Source: Sphingomonadaceae bacterium (GTDB lineage: Bacteria > Chloroflexota > UBA6077). Taken from it: 49,074 nt of DNA. The translations under genes and the position numbers were made by a program. The notes beneath the pieces are model-generated. The model searched no databases and was not told the DNA's origin. It saw nothing but the letters and a program-made list of their open reading frames with translations. Positions 10,243 to 18,651 of this stretch are shown here, piece after piece (position 1 is the stretch's first letter; every line of letters begins with the position of its first letter). The stretch is taken from positions 1-49,074 of the forward strand of contig JBLNDL010000029.1 of NCBI GenBank assembly GCA_050261575.1. Reading direction: 5' to 3'.

Positions 10243-10271
10243 GAGATCCTCCGCTGTCGCTCAGGATGACA
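10243..10271 (-). repeat. REP-like palindromic unit of the GTCATCCTGAGC...GGATCTC type
   Basis: Reverse complement TGTCATCCTGAGCGACAGCGGAGGATCTC; recognised from memory as a widespread extragenic repeat; single copy here. Confidence 0.5.
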
Positions 10272-10360
10272 CCCATCGTTCGCGCCCCAGAGGCGGACTC
10301 GGCGCAGTCCCCGACCGCGCCACGTGCCAGCCGTCGCCCTTGGCAGCCTGGGAACCGGGC

Positions 10361-10384
10361 GGCAGGGCCGAGGCCCTGCCCTAC
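10361..10384 (-). repeat. GTAG-type REP
   Basis: Reverse complement GTAG-GGCAGGGCC-TC-GGCCCTGCC; similar to the unit at 48897. Confidence 0.6.
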
Positions 10385-10409
10385 GCATCGCGATCAGGTG
10401 GACAGGCCA

Positions 10410-10483
10410 CTAAGCAGGTATCTCTATAAAGGGTACACGTTTCCCGCTGGAGAAGCTGACGTGAACTAGAGATACCTGCTTAG
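10410..10483 (+). repeat. 74 bp MITE-like element, copy 3 (best preserved)
   Basis: Perfect 17-bp inverted ends CTAAGCAGGTATCTCTA / TAGAGATACCTGCTTAG. Confidence 0.9.
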
Positions 10484-10529
10484 CCGGATGCCAAGGTTGG
10501 AAGAGAGCTTGCTCACGGAGGAACTCACC

Positions 10530-11489
10530 ATGCAGGATTCGTTGCCCATCCAGAGAGTAGTCGTCATCGGCACCGGGATGATGGGTCCCGGCATTGCGCT
10601 GGCCTTCGCGACGGCGGGAAAGACGGTAGTACTGGCCGGACGCAGCCAGGAGAGCCTGGCCAGGGGTCTATCGACCCTGGAGGCCGGGCTGCGCACCCTC
10701 CAGGATGCGGAGTTGCTATCCCCCGAGGAGGCATCGCTCGCCCGGGGCAGGGTGGAAGGCACCGCGGACCTCCCCGCCGCCGCATCGACTGCCGACGTGG
10801 TGGTGGAGTCCATCGTGGAGGACCTCCCCACCAAGCAGGCGCTGTTCGCCCAACTGGATCGGCTCTGCCCGCCGCAGGCCCTCATCACCAGCAACACCTC
10901 GGGGCTGCCGATCAGCCGCATCACGGCGGAAATGAGCCGCCCGGAGCGCGCCGCCACCACCCACTTCTGGATGCCCCCTCACCTCATCCCGCTGGTGGAG
11001 ATCGTCCGGGGAGAGCGGACTTCCGAGGATACGGTGCTGCGGCTGCGGGCGCTGCTCACGCAGATCGGCAAGCGCCCGGTGGTGGTGCGGAGGGACGTGC
11101 CGGGCCAGTTGGGTAACAGGCTGCTCGGCGCGATAACCCGGGAGGCGATGGCCATCGTCCAGGAGGGGATCGCCACCGCAGAGGAGGTGGACACGGCGAT
11201 CAAGACGGGGTTGGGGCTCCGCTTCCCCGTCTACGGCCCCCTGGAGCACGCCGACATGGTGGGGCTGGATCTGGTGCTGTCGGTCCACTCCTATTTGCTC
11301 CAGGACCTGTGCAACAGCCCCGAGCCGCTCGCGATCCTGCGTGAGAAGGCTGCCCGAGGGGAGCTGGGAGCGCGAGCGGGGCGAGGCTTCTACGACTGGA
11401 GCAAGAAGAGTCCGGACGAGGTGAAGGCAACCAGGGACGCCTTCATCCTCGCCCGTCTGAAGGACCTGTACCCGCCTAAGGCCCGATAG
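10530..11489 (+). CDS. 3-hydroxyacyl-CoA dehydrogenase family protein
   Basis: GTGMMG, VVESIVEDLPTKQ, SNTSGL, THFWMPPHLIPLVE, GQLGNRL; ATG 10530 after GGAGG. Confidence 0.88.
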   Translation: MQDSLPIQRVVVIGTGMMGPGIALAFATAGKTVVLAGRSQESLARGLSTLEAGLRTLQDAELLSPEEASLARGRVEGTADLPAAASTADVVVESIVEDLPTKQALFAQLDRLCPPQALITSNTSGLPISRITAEMSRPERAATTHFWMPPHLIPLVEIVRGERTSEDTVLRLRALLTQIGKRPVVVRRDVPGQLGNRLLGAITREAMAIVQEGIATAEEVDTAIKTGLGLRFPVYGPLEHADMVGLDLVLSVHSYLLQDLCNSPEPLAILREKAARGELGARAGRGFYDWSKKSPDEVKATRDAFILARLKDLYPPKAR

Positions 11490-11554
11490 GTGTGCGAGGG
11501 CAGGGCGGCGCGTCCGCCCTGCCCTCGCACACCTTAGAACCTCAGCATCACCTT
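11460..11554 (+). repeat. Direct repeat, left copy: hbd 3' end + hairpin + orphan ADH 3' end
   Basis: 11460-11493 matches 16104-16137 (32/34); 11524-11554 matches 16883-16913 (30/31). Confidence 0.9.
11489..11533. terminator. 20-bp perfect stem between convergent stop codons (bidirectional terminator-like)
   Basis: GGTGTGCGAGGGCAGGGCGG-CGCGT-CCGCCCTGCCCTCGCACACC. Confidence 0.7.
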
Positions 11555-11646
11555 ACTCGAAGCTCCGTCGAGCGGCTCGGCCGCGAGGTCGACGAACATG
11601 CTGTGGCGATTATCAAGACCACCAAGATGATAATCGGGAAGCAGCG
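11555..11646 (+). pseudogene. Decayed 3' half of a TOBE/Mop gene
   Basis: TRSSVERLGREVDEHAVAIIKTTKMIIGK; ungapped match to 441-532 with 19 mismatches in 92 nt by hand count; stop TAG changed to CAG; no 5' half. Confidence 0.85.
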
Positions 11647-11647
11647 A

Positions 11648-11680
11648 TGTCCTCCGGCTCCACTCGGGAGCCGGAGGACA
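11648..11680. terminator. 14-bp stem-loop just downstream of the orphan tctC stop
   Basis: TGTCCTCCGGCTCC-ACTCG-GGAGCCGGAGGACA. Confidence 0.65.
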
Positions 11681-11686
11681 CGAGAT

Positions 11687-12739
11687 CTACTGCTGCTTTG
11701 CTAGAGGTATCAGTGGGGTTATGTCCTTGTCCAACTGATCCCAGTAGGACGCGAATTCCGCCGAGTCCATGTAGCGAAGGACGATGCCCATCTCGTCCAT
11801 CTTCTTCTGCTGCTCCTCGGTGGCCAGCACCTTCTTGATGGAGCTACTGTAGAAGTCCACGATTTCCTTCGGGGTGCCGGCAGGCAGCGACCAACCACGG
11901 CCAGAGGACATGTAGACCTTGTACCCCTGCGACTCAAGGGTGGGAACCTCAGGCACGAACTTGTTGGGCTTCGTATCCATTACACCGATGAGCCGGACGC
12001 CTCCGGACTTGACCTGAGGCATGAAGGTGCCAGTCTGGTCGAAGGCCGCGTCGATGTGACCACCCAGCAGAGCTGTGGGTTGCTGAGCGCCCCCGTCAAA
12101 CTGCACGACAGCGAACTTGACACCGGCCTCCTTCTCCAGTAGGAGAATGGCCAAGTGGTTCACGTTCATGACTCCCGAGGAGCCGACCTTGAGTCTTCCG
12201 GGGTTGGCCTTAGCGGCCTCAATCAGATCCTTCACCGTCTTGATGGGGCTGTCCGCCTTCACCGCGATGGCAACAGGGTCCATAGTGTGCATCGCTACAG
12301 GGATCAGATCCTTGCGACCGAAAGCTGCCTTTCGGTCTGGGTCCAGATAGATGGTGTTGGTGGAGGGAACAGCAGTGACACCAACGGTGTAGCCATCGGG
12401 CTTAGCCTTAGCCAACTCCGTTGTGCCAACTTGACCGCTTGCGCCAGCCCTGTTGACCACCTCCACAGGCGTGCCGAACTCCTTCTCCAGACCTGACGAC
12501 AGCACTCGAGCGCCAATGTCATTGGCGCCACCAGCAGCCCAAGGGACGATGACCGTGATCGACTTCCCCTTGGTGGGGAATTCCAGCTTCTTCACCGGGG
12601 CGGCAGTTGACTCTGCCGCAGCAGCATTCGTCGGCGAGGCAGAAGCAGCCGTTGGGGAAGGAGTCGCCTGGGAACATCCCGCAACCAGCAGGTTCCCCAC
12701 GGTGACAGCAACAACGAGTGAAAGCTGCAGACGCATCAT
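11687..12739 (-). CDS. Tripartite tricarboxylate transporter substrate-binding lipoprotein (Bug/TctC family), orphan
   Basis: IVPWAAGGANDIGAR, VVNRAGASG, KPDGYT, LLGGHIDA, VPTLESQG; VAGC lipobox. Confidence 0.9.
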   Translation of the reverse strand: MMRLQLSLVVAVTVGNLLVAGCSQATPSPTAASASPTNAAAAESTAAPVKKLEFPTKGKSITVIVPWAAGGANDIGARVLSSGLEKEFGTPVEVVNRAGASGQVGTTELAKAKPDGYTVGVTAVPSTNTIYLDPDRKAAFGRKDLIPVAMHTMDPVAIAVKADSPIKTVKDLIEAAKANPGRLKVGSSGVMNVNHLAILLLEKEAGVKFAVVQFDGGAQQPTALLGGHIDAAFDQTGTFMPQVKSGGVRLIGVMDTKPNKFVPEVPTLESQGYKVYMSSGRGWSLPAGTPKEIVDFYSSSIKKVLATEEQQKKMDEMGIVLRYMDSAEFASYWDQLDKDITPLIPLAKQQ

Positions 12740-12875
12740 CTCTCTCCTTTTTGCGTCGGTGTCTCACTCCTGAGACACCCCATTGGCCGGTAGTGACTAC
12801 GGGAATGAAGTATTTGTCTCTGAATGGAGTACCCGTTTCCTGCTGGAGGAATCGACACGGGCTAGACAAAGCTGA

Positions 12876-14063
12876 CTAGACGATAGCTATCCGCTCGGGT
12901 AGATTGGGATTGAACGGATACCTCTTCTCAGCATCGGGATCAATCTCAACCCCCAGCCCGGGCCCCTGTGGGATCTCCACGTAACCGTCCTTCTCCACCT
13001 TCACAGGAGTCGTCACCAGGTCTGACAGCAGCGGGTTGTAGGCCTGGCCGAATTCGAAGATCAGGCAGTTGGGCACGGCCGCGCAGAACTGGAGATTGGC
13101 TGCCCACAAGAGCGCGCTACCCCACGAGTGCGGAGCCAGTGCAAACTCGAACGCTGACGCTAGGTTGGCGATCCGAACCATCTCCGTGAGACCACCCACC
13201 ATTGCCATATCTGGCTGCCAAACGTCGGCGGCGCGTGCCAGGGCAAGATCACGGAATGCAAACCGAGTGTACAGGTTTTCGCCGGTGGCTACCGGGATGG
13301 GAATGGAGCGGCGAACCTCGGCAAGACCCTCGACGTTATGGAAGATCACCGGCTCCTCGTACCAGGTGATGTCGAACTCTTCCAGGGCGCGTGCTATCTT
13401 GACGGCATCGCCCACGCTGGTGCTGCCATGGGCATCCAGCATGATTTCCACATCGGGCCCCACAGCCTCTCGGGCCTCTCGCACCCGCTTGACAGCGCCA
13501 TCCACCATGTGAGGATAGTCGCGGCCCCCTACCCGCATCTTAATGGCCTTGAAGCCCTTCTCAACGTAGCCGGCAACCTCCTCCCCAATCTCGCCCATGC
13601 CTCCGTGGCCTCCGCTGGCATATGCCCGAATCCGGGTGCGCATTCCACCACCGCCCATCAGCTTGTAGACTGGAACGCCCGCCGCCTTGCCCGCTATGTC
13701 CCACAAGGCCACATCCACACCACTGATAGCACACATCAACTCGCCCGGAGCCGTCGCTACGGGTTGAGAGCGCCCGAACACGAGTGAGAGTCCCAGGCGA
13801 AAGCCGTTGAACATCCGCTCCCACAGATACTGGACACGAGTAGGATCCTGACCGATCAAGATCGGCTTCAACTCGTGCTCTATGATCGCCTTCATCACCT
13901 GCGGAGTACCCTTGGCCTCGGCGTAGCCAGTTATCCCTTCATCGGTATCGATCACCACAATGGCTGCATTGAACGCCTGCGCGGTACCGAAATCGCTGGT
14001 CCACTGCTTCTCCTTTGGGATCGGCGCCGTCAGAAGGATGGTCCGCACGTCGCGGATTCTCAT
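12876..14063 (-). CDS. Mandelate racemase/muconate lactonizing enzyme family (acid-sugar dehydratase-like)
   Basis: ISGVDVALWDIAGK, KMRVG, metal ligands in LDAH / YEEP / GENL, APHSW; ATG 14063 after AAAGGAGG. Confidence 0.9.
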   Translation of the reverse strand: MRIRDVRTILLTAPIPKEKQWTSDFGTAQAFNAAIVVIDTDEGITGYAEAKGTPQVMKAIIEHELKPILIGQDPTRVQYLWERMFNGFRLGLSLVFGRSQPVATAPGELMCAISGVDVALWDIAGKAAGVPVYKLMGGGGMRTRIRAYASGGHGGMGEIGEEVAGYVEKGFKAIKMRVGGRDYPHMVDGAVKRVREAREAVGPDVEIMLDAHGSTSVGDAVKIARALEEFDITWYEEPVIFHNVEGLAEVRRSIPIPVATGENLYTRFAFRDLALARAADVWQPDMAMVGGLTEMVRIANLASAFEFALAPHSWGSALLWAANLQFCAAVPNCLIFEFGQAYNPLLSDLVTTPVKVEKDGYVEIPQGPGLGVEIDPDAEKRYPFNPNLPERIAIV

Positions 14064-14103
14064 TGCACTGCCTCCTTTCAGTTCTGGGGTTTGGACACAG
14101 CTT

Positions 14104-15273
14104 CTAGGGCTCGACAACTTGAAGGTACAGGGGGGTTTTCGCCAGCGGCTCGCCACCTCGCGGCGTGACCAGGGTGGGCAACTCCAGGCGCATACCCCCC
14201 ACACCCGGCCAATAGATATGGAGGCCGGCCGCCACAGTCATGTTCTCCTGGAACTTCTCCTCGCTCTTCTCATTGATCAGAGGGGGGACACGAGAATCCG
14301 TACCCAAGCCGTGGCCGAAGGCCGGCCAGAGGTACTCACCAAGTCCCGCGTCTACGACGAACTGATGGGTAGCACGGGCGGCCTCGGCCACTGGAGCCCC
14401 CGGCAACATGTGGCGCAAGAGGACTTGCACTCCCTGTTGCCAGACCTCTGCGAGCCTTTGCTGCTCACGGGTTGGCTTGCCCAAGATCGCGTTCGCGGTG
14501 AGATCGCAGAAGTAGAGTCGGTACATGGGATGAAAGTCGAGAATGACCATGTCGCCCAACTGGACCATCTTCTCCGTGGCCGGTTGTGTGATGCCCACGG
14601 GATAGGCAGTACGATAACCAGACCCCACCTCGTCGCCAGCAGTCACCGACCAACTCCACTCGCTGCCCGCTTTGCGCATCGCCAGTTCGCCAACACCTGC
14701 CAGGTAGTTCTCAGTGACACCAACCCGTAAGGCATCGACGGCAGCCTTGAGGCCGATGTCACCGATCGCCGCGGCCTGGCGCATTAGCTCGATCTCCTCT
14801 TTCTCCTTGACTACCATCACTTCGTCCACTATGTCGGTACCGTCAACAAAGGTGGCCTCGGGAAGAGCTCTCAGGATCTGCTGGTACTCGAATGCGAGCA
14901 GAAGGCCAGGAGCCACCCGAGGCCCACCGCACGTGAGCTCCAGGGCCACCTTCTTATCGCCGAGTGCCATCTCCTTGATCACCCTGGCGACGGTATCGAT
15001 GAAGACCGGATCCCGCTTGTTGCCCCACTCGACGATGTGGCTGGGATCGAACCAGGTATCCCCCCTAAGGCGCGCGGCATCAGCATTCCACAGCACCGCC
15101 ACAGCATCTCCCTGCTGGGGAACTACAACTGCAGTTCGCCAAGGAGCGAATGCACCCAGCAAGTAGTGCAGGCTGGCTTGACGTACTGAGACGTAGACGT
15201 CGATGCCGTGCTTGGCGAGCTGTTGCTGAACCTTCCAGATGCGCCTGGGGTAATTGATACTTACGTTCATCAA
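14104..15273 (-). CDS. M24 (Xaa-Pro peptidase/creatinase) family protein with divergent active site
   Basis: Creatinase-like N domain, VKEKEEIELMRQAA, ILDF...YFCDLT, FGHGLG, GGMRLE. Confidence 0.85.
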   Translation of the reverse strand: MMNVSINYPRRIWKVQQQLAKHGIDVYVSVRQASLHYLLGAFAPWRTAVVVPQQGDAVAVLWNADAARLRGDTWFDPSHIVEWGNKRDPVFIDTVARVIKEMALGDKKVALELTCGGPRVAPGLLLAFEYQQILRALPEATFVDGTDIVDEVMVVKEKEEIELMRQAAAIGDIGLKAAVDALRVGVTENYLAGVGELAMRKAGSEWSWSVTAGDEVGSGYRTAYPVGITQPATEKMVQLGDMVILDFHPMYRLYFCDLTANAILGKPTREQQRLAEVWQQGVQVLLRHMLPGAPVAEAARATHQFVVDAGLGEYLWPAFGHGLGTDSRVPPLINEKSEEKFQENMTVAAGLHIYWPGVGGMRLELPTLVTPRGGEPLAKTPLYLQVVEP

Positions 15274-15944
15274 TAGCCACCTCCCATAATGACCCGCGTG
15301 ATAGTGCCTAGTGTGCTAGATAGGTGACTCCTCATCTCCCGCTCACACCCATCGGGATCGCGACGTCGGAGAGCCTCAACAATACCCAAGTGCTGATCGA
15401 AACTCTCCTCGATCCGTCCACTGGCACGAATGGCCACCATCCGCAGCCGAGTGATCTGATCCAGCAACTGGTTCACAGCTGCTCGCATTCGGGGCGAGCC
15501 ACTCGCCTGCAGAATGGCTTCGTGAAGCGTTCCACCGGCCTCGTACATGGCCCGCAACCGTTCTGGAGCCGGGCTGGAGGCAGCCTCCCTCAAGACACGC
15601 TCCAATCGATCGATTTCTGACTCGGCCATGGCGGAGGCAGCCAACCGCGCAGCCATCCCCTCCAGCGCCTCACGCATCCGGAAGATCTCTACTGCATCCT
15701 CCAATGACAAACGGGCCACGAAAGCACCTCGCCTAGGAACCATCTCCACGAGACCGTCCTTGGCCAGGCGCTGCAGGGCCTCGCGCACCGGGGTTCGGCT
15801 AACTTGATAGAGATCAGCCAGCTTTTGCTCGACAAGAGCCTCGCCCGGCACGAACTGATTAGCGATAATCGACTGCTTCAGGGCAAGGTAGACCTTAGTT
15901 CCATTGGAGTGATCAAGGTCCAGCTTCAGGGCCGATCGGTTCAC
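15270..15944 (-). CDS. GntR-family transcriptional regulator (FCD)
   Basis: LVEQKLADLYQVSRTPVREALQRL; GTG 15944 after GGAGGAGG; overlaps the peptidase start. Confidence 0.9.
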   Translation of the reverse strand: MNRSALKLDLDHSNGTKVYLALKQSIIANQFVPGEALVEQKLADLYQVSRTPVREALQRLAKDGLVEMVPRRGAFVARLSLEDAVEIFRMREALEGMAARLAASAMAESEIDRLERVLREAASSPAPERLRAMYEAGGTLHEAILQASGSPRMRAAVNQLLDQITRLRMVAIRASGRIEESFDQHLGIVEALRRRDPDGCEREMRSHLSSTLGTITRVIMGGGY

Positions 15945-15961
15945 AGCCTCCTCCGTATGCC

Positions 15962-15995
15962 GATTGTATGCACTTAGTATACTATTTGTCGTCAA
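15962..15995. promoter_or_regulatory. AT-rich promoter zone with candidate GntR operator
   Basis: Perfect palindrome TAGTATACTA (15976-15985) and adjacent TGTATGCA upstream of gntR. Confidence 0.4.
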
Positions 15996-16103
15996 GAGGG
16001 GTCTGCACGCCGGATTGGCTTTAGAGGTACAGCCGTGCCCTCCAGTCAAGAACTGGAGAGGTGAAGAGGATCATGGCCGACGATCATTCGCAGTGACGGT
16101 AGA

Positions 16104-16137
16104 AAGGACCTGTACCCGCCCAAGGCGCGATAGGTGT
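16104..16137 (+). repeat. Direct repeat, right copy part A: orphan 3' end of hbd (KDLYPPKAR*)
   Basis: AAGGACCTGTACCCGCCCAAGGCGCGATAGGTGT; both differences from 11460-11493 are synonymous. Confidence 0.9.
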
Positions 16138-16141
16138 CTGG

Positions 16142-16882
16142 CATGACACAACCCGAACTTTATGGGGGATGCGCCCCTGGAGTTGGGGGTATGCTTGTAT
16201 CAGGGCCGAAATCCACTCGAAGCCGGGCACCTCGATGGGGGGGGCCAGGCTTGCCTCGGTAGTATCCCTTGCCCATCTTGGGTCTCGGGCGAGCCACCCT
16301 CTTGGCCTTGGCACTGTGCACCGGAGATAATCCCTCCAGCTTGTGGTCTCGGGCTTCTCCAGGACGCTCCCGTCCAGGATGCACAGGGCTCGCCCCACAC
16401 CCCCTAGGGCGGCCTCGTTCAGCATCAGCAGCCTGGCTTCGTCCAGAACGTAGTCTTCGATCTCCTCGGCCTTCCATCGCTCACTACGGATTAGCCTGTC
16501 CAGACGCTTGGTGCCGGCAGGACCATGCTTGGGACCGGCGATCATCGCCCCCAGTTCGCTCAGGAGCAGGGCCAGGGCACGGTTCCGATGGCGCACCATG
16601 GCTACCACCGCGCCAGCTATGGTCCTCACCAACCGAACGTCCAGCTTCTCGTCCAGAGCCCTCAGCAGAGGACGGAGGAACTCGAAGCATTCCGTTTCCA
16701 TGTTCTCGGCCATCCTTCGGTCCTCTTCCTCCTCTAGCTCTCCCTCTCGCCGCCTGCTACTATGTATAGGAACAGCCCCCGTAGTCTCTGGTTTCTTCTC
16801 CAGTCTCCAGATCTACAGGGGCTGTTCCTCACTTCTTCTCCTTCACCTATTCACTTCCACCCCAAATCCGGGGTGTGTCATG
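16142..16882 (-). mobile_element. Internally deleted IS element (IS4-like DDE) with terminal inverted repeats
   Basis: Ends CATGACACAACCCG / CGGGGTGTGTCATG enclose a broken transposase; no clear target duplication. Confidence 0.75.
16190..16713 (-). pseudogene. Frameshifted, truncated transposase
   Basis: LDVRLVRT...LLLSELG...PAGTKRL...ILDGSVLEKPE, continuing in another frame (LEGLSPVHSAKAKR...GPP) and then PIEVPGFEW; C-terminal half missing; left boundary approximate. Confidence 0.7.
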
Positions 16883-16892
16883 CTCGCAGACC

Positions 16893-17921
16893 TTAGAACC
16901 TCAGCATCACCTTGGCGTTGTCCTCGGTCTTGCCGTGCACCAGCTCCAGCGCACGCTGCGCCTCCTCCACCGGCAGCACGTGGGTGACCATGGCCTTGAC
17001 GTCCACCGCGCCGGATGCGATCAGATCGATGGCCGCCTCGAAGTCCTTCCGCACGTAGGTGTGAACGCCCACCAACTCTACCTCCTTCCCGCCGATCAGG
17101 AAGGGATCTGGGAGGGAGATGGGCTCGTCGAAGAGGGCCACCAGGAGAACGCGGCCCTGCTTCCGCACGTGGATCAGCCCCTGCTGGACCACCGAGGAGA
17201 AGCCGGCCGTGACGAAGGCGACGTCCACCCCCTCGGGCCGGACGTGATCCGCCACAACCTGGGCCAGGTTGTCCTCCTTCCTGACGTTGACGGCGGCCGT
17301 AGCGCCCACCTTCCGTGCGAGCTCCAGGTTGAAATCGTAGGTGTCGGTGGCAACGATATGGGTAGCGCCGGACGCCCGGGCGGCGGCGATGCAGCAGAGC
17401 CCGATGGGGCCCGAGCCCAGCACCAGGGCGGAGTCCCCCAACTGCAGCTTCGCCATCCTGGCCGAGTGGATCCCGACGGCCAGCGGCTCGACCATGGCCC
17501 CCTCCTCGTAGGAGAAGCCCTCCGGCATCTTCAGTAGGGTGGACTCCGGAGCCACGATGTACTCGCCGAAGCCCCCCGGCCACGCCGGGACCCCGAGCAT
17601 CACCTTGCTGGGGCAGAGGTTGTAGCTACCGGTTCGGCAGTAGAGGCAGCTTCCGCAGACGATCTGCGGCTCCACGATCACCCGGTCGCCCTCCTTGAAG
17701 CCGGCCACCTCGGGGCCTACCTCCACGATGTCCCCCGCCACCTCGTGGCCCATTATCGCCGGGGGCTTCCGGAATGGGTGGGTGCCCAGGAAGGCGTGCA
17801 CCTCGGAGCCACAGACACCCACGACGCGCACCCGGATCAGCACCTCGTTCGGCCTTGGGGTGGGCGTGGGTGCGTCCTGCATCTCGATCTTGCGGATTCC
17901 GGTGAAGACGGCCGCTCTCAT
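16893..17921 (-). CDS. Zinc-dependent alcohol/polyol dehydrogenase (MDR family)
   Basis: GVCGSE, GHE, CGSCLYC...C, GSGPIG. Confidence 0.92.
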   Translation of the reverse strand: MRAAVFTGIRKIEMQDAPTPTPRPNEVLIRVRVVGVCGSEVHAFLGTHPFRKPPAIMGHEVAGDIVEVGPEVAGFKEGDRVIVEPQIVCGSCLYCRTGSYNLCPSKVMLGVPAWPGGFGEYIVAPESTLLKMPEGFSYEEGAMVEPLAVGIHSARMAKLQLGDSALVLGSGPIGLCCIAAARASGATHIVATDTYDFNLELARKVGATAAVNVRKEDNLAQVVADHVRPEGVDVAFVTAGFSSVVQQGLIHVRKQGRVLLVALFDEPISLPDPFLIGGKEVELVGVHTYVRKDFEAAIDLIASGAVDVKAMVTHVLPVEEAQRALELVHGKTEDNAKVMLRF

Positions 17922-18076
17922 CTCCCTCTCCTTACAGTTTGTCGCCTCGATTCCACGTGCACCGAATGGTTCAACGACGTAGCCGTGTGGCCGAGACCAC
18001 GGCGGCCCTGGATAGCGCCGCGCTCGGCGCTGGTGTTGGGTTCTCCGTCGGAGCCGTAGATGCGCCGCGGCCTCCC

Positions 18077-18475
18077 CTACGGCTCCGATAGCTCCATCGG
18101 GATACCGTTCAGGGCATCGGGCCTGGTGAAGGCGATCCTCTTGCCCCGAACGCCCATCACCGGGTGCTCGTGCATCATCTCAATGCCACGCCGCTTCATC
18201 TCCTCGACGTCCGCGTCGATGTCGTCACTCGCGACGCAGAAGTGGTGGATCCCATCCCCCCTCTCCCTGGTGAAGGTGGCCAGCATCCCGTCATCGCTGT
18301 CATCCTGGAGGATCTCCAGGTTGATGGGGCCCAACTCGAGGAGGGCCACCCACATCTTCTTCTCCGCCACGTACTTGACCGGCGGGATAGGCACCTTGAG
18401 AACCCTCGCGAACGCCTCCAGGGTACTGTTGATGTCCTTGACACCAAGTCCAATGTGGTCAACACCCTTGATCAC
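18077..18475 (-). CDS. VOC-family protein, methylmalonyl-CoA epimerase-like
   Basis: DHIGLGV, LEILQ, GIHHFCV, MELSE (H/E/H/E ligands); probable GTG start at 18475. Confidence 0.8.
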   Translation of the reverse strand: MIKGVDHIGLGVKDINSTLEAFARVLKVPIPPVKYVAEKKMWVALLELGPINLEILQDDSDDGMLATFTRERGDGIHHFCVASDDIDADVEEMKRRGIEMMHEHPVMGVRGKRIAFTRPDALNGIPMELSEP

Positions 18476-18651
18476 TTGTCGGCAACTCCATTCCAACGGG
18501 TTATCGATCATGAGCTATCGGTTGTCAGTCCTCAGGGCTGAGAGCCGATGCGGATGGTAGGGCGCAAGCCCCCGCCCCGCATTTCAGAACCAGGACCCAG
18601 CACTCAGCACCCAGGACTGAGGGCCGCATGAACGATGATCCGCGCGCGAGC

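Noticed and set aside
11492..11704. 70-aa ORF as a functional gene
   Set aside because: Chimera of a terminator hairpin, the antisense ADH end and the TOBE fragment; no RBS.
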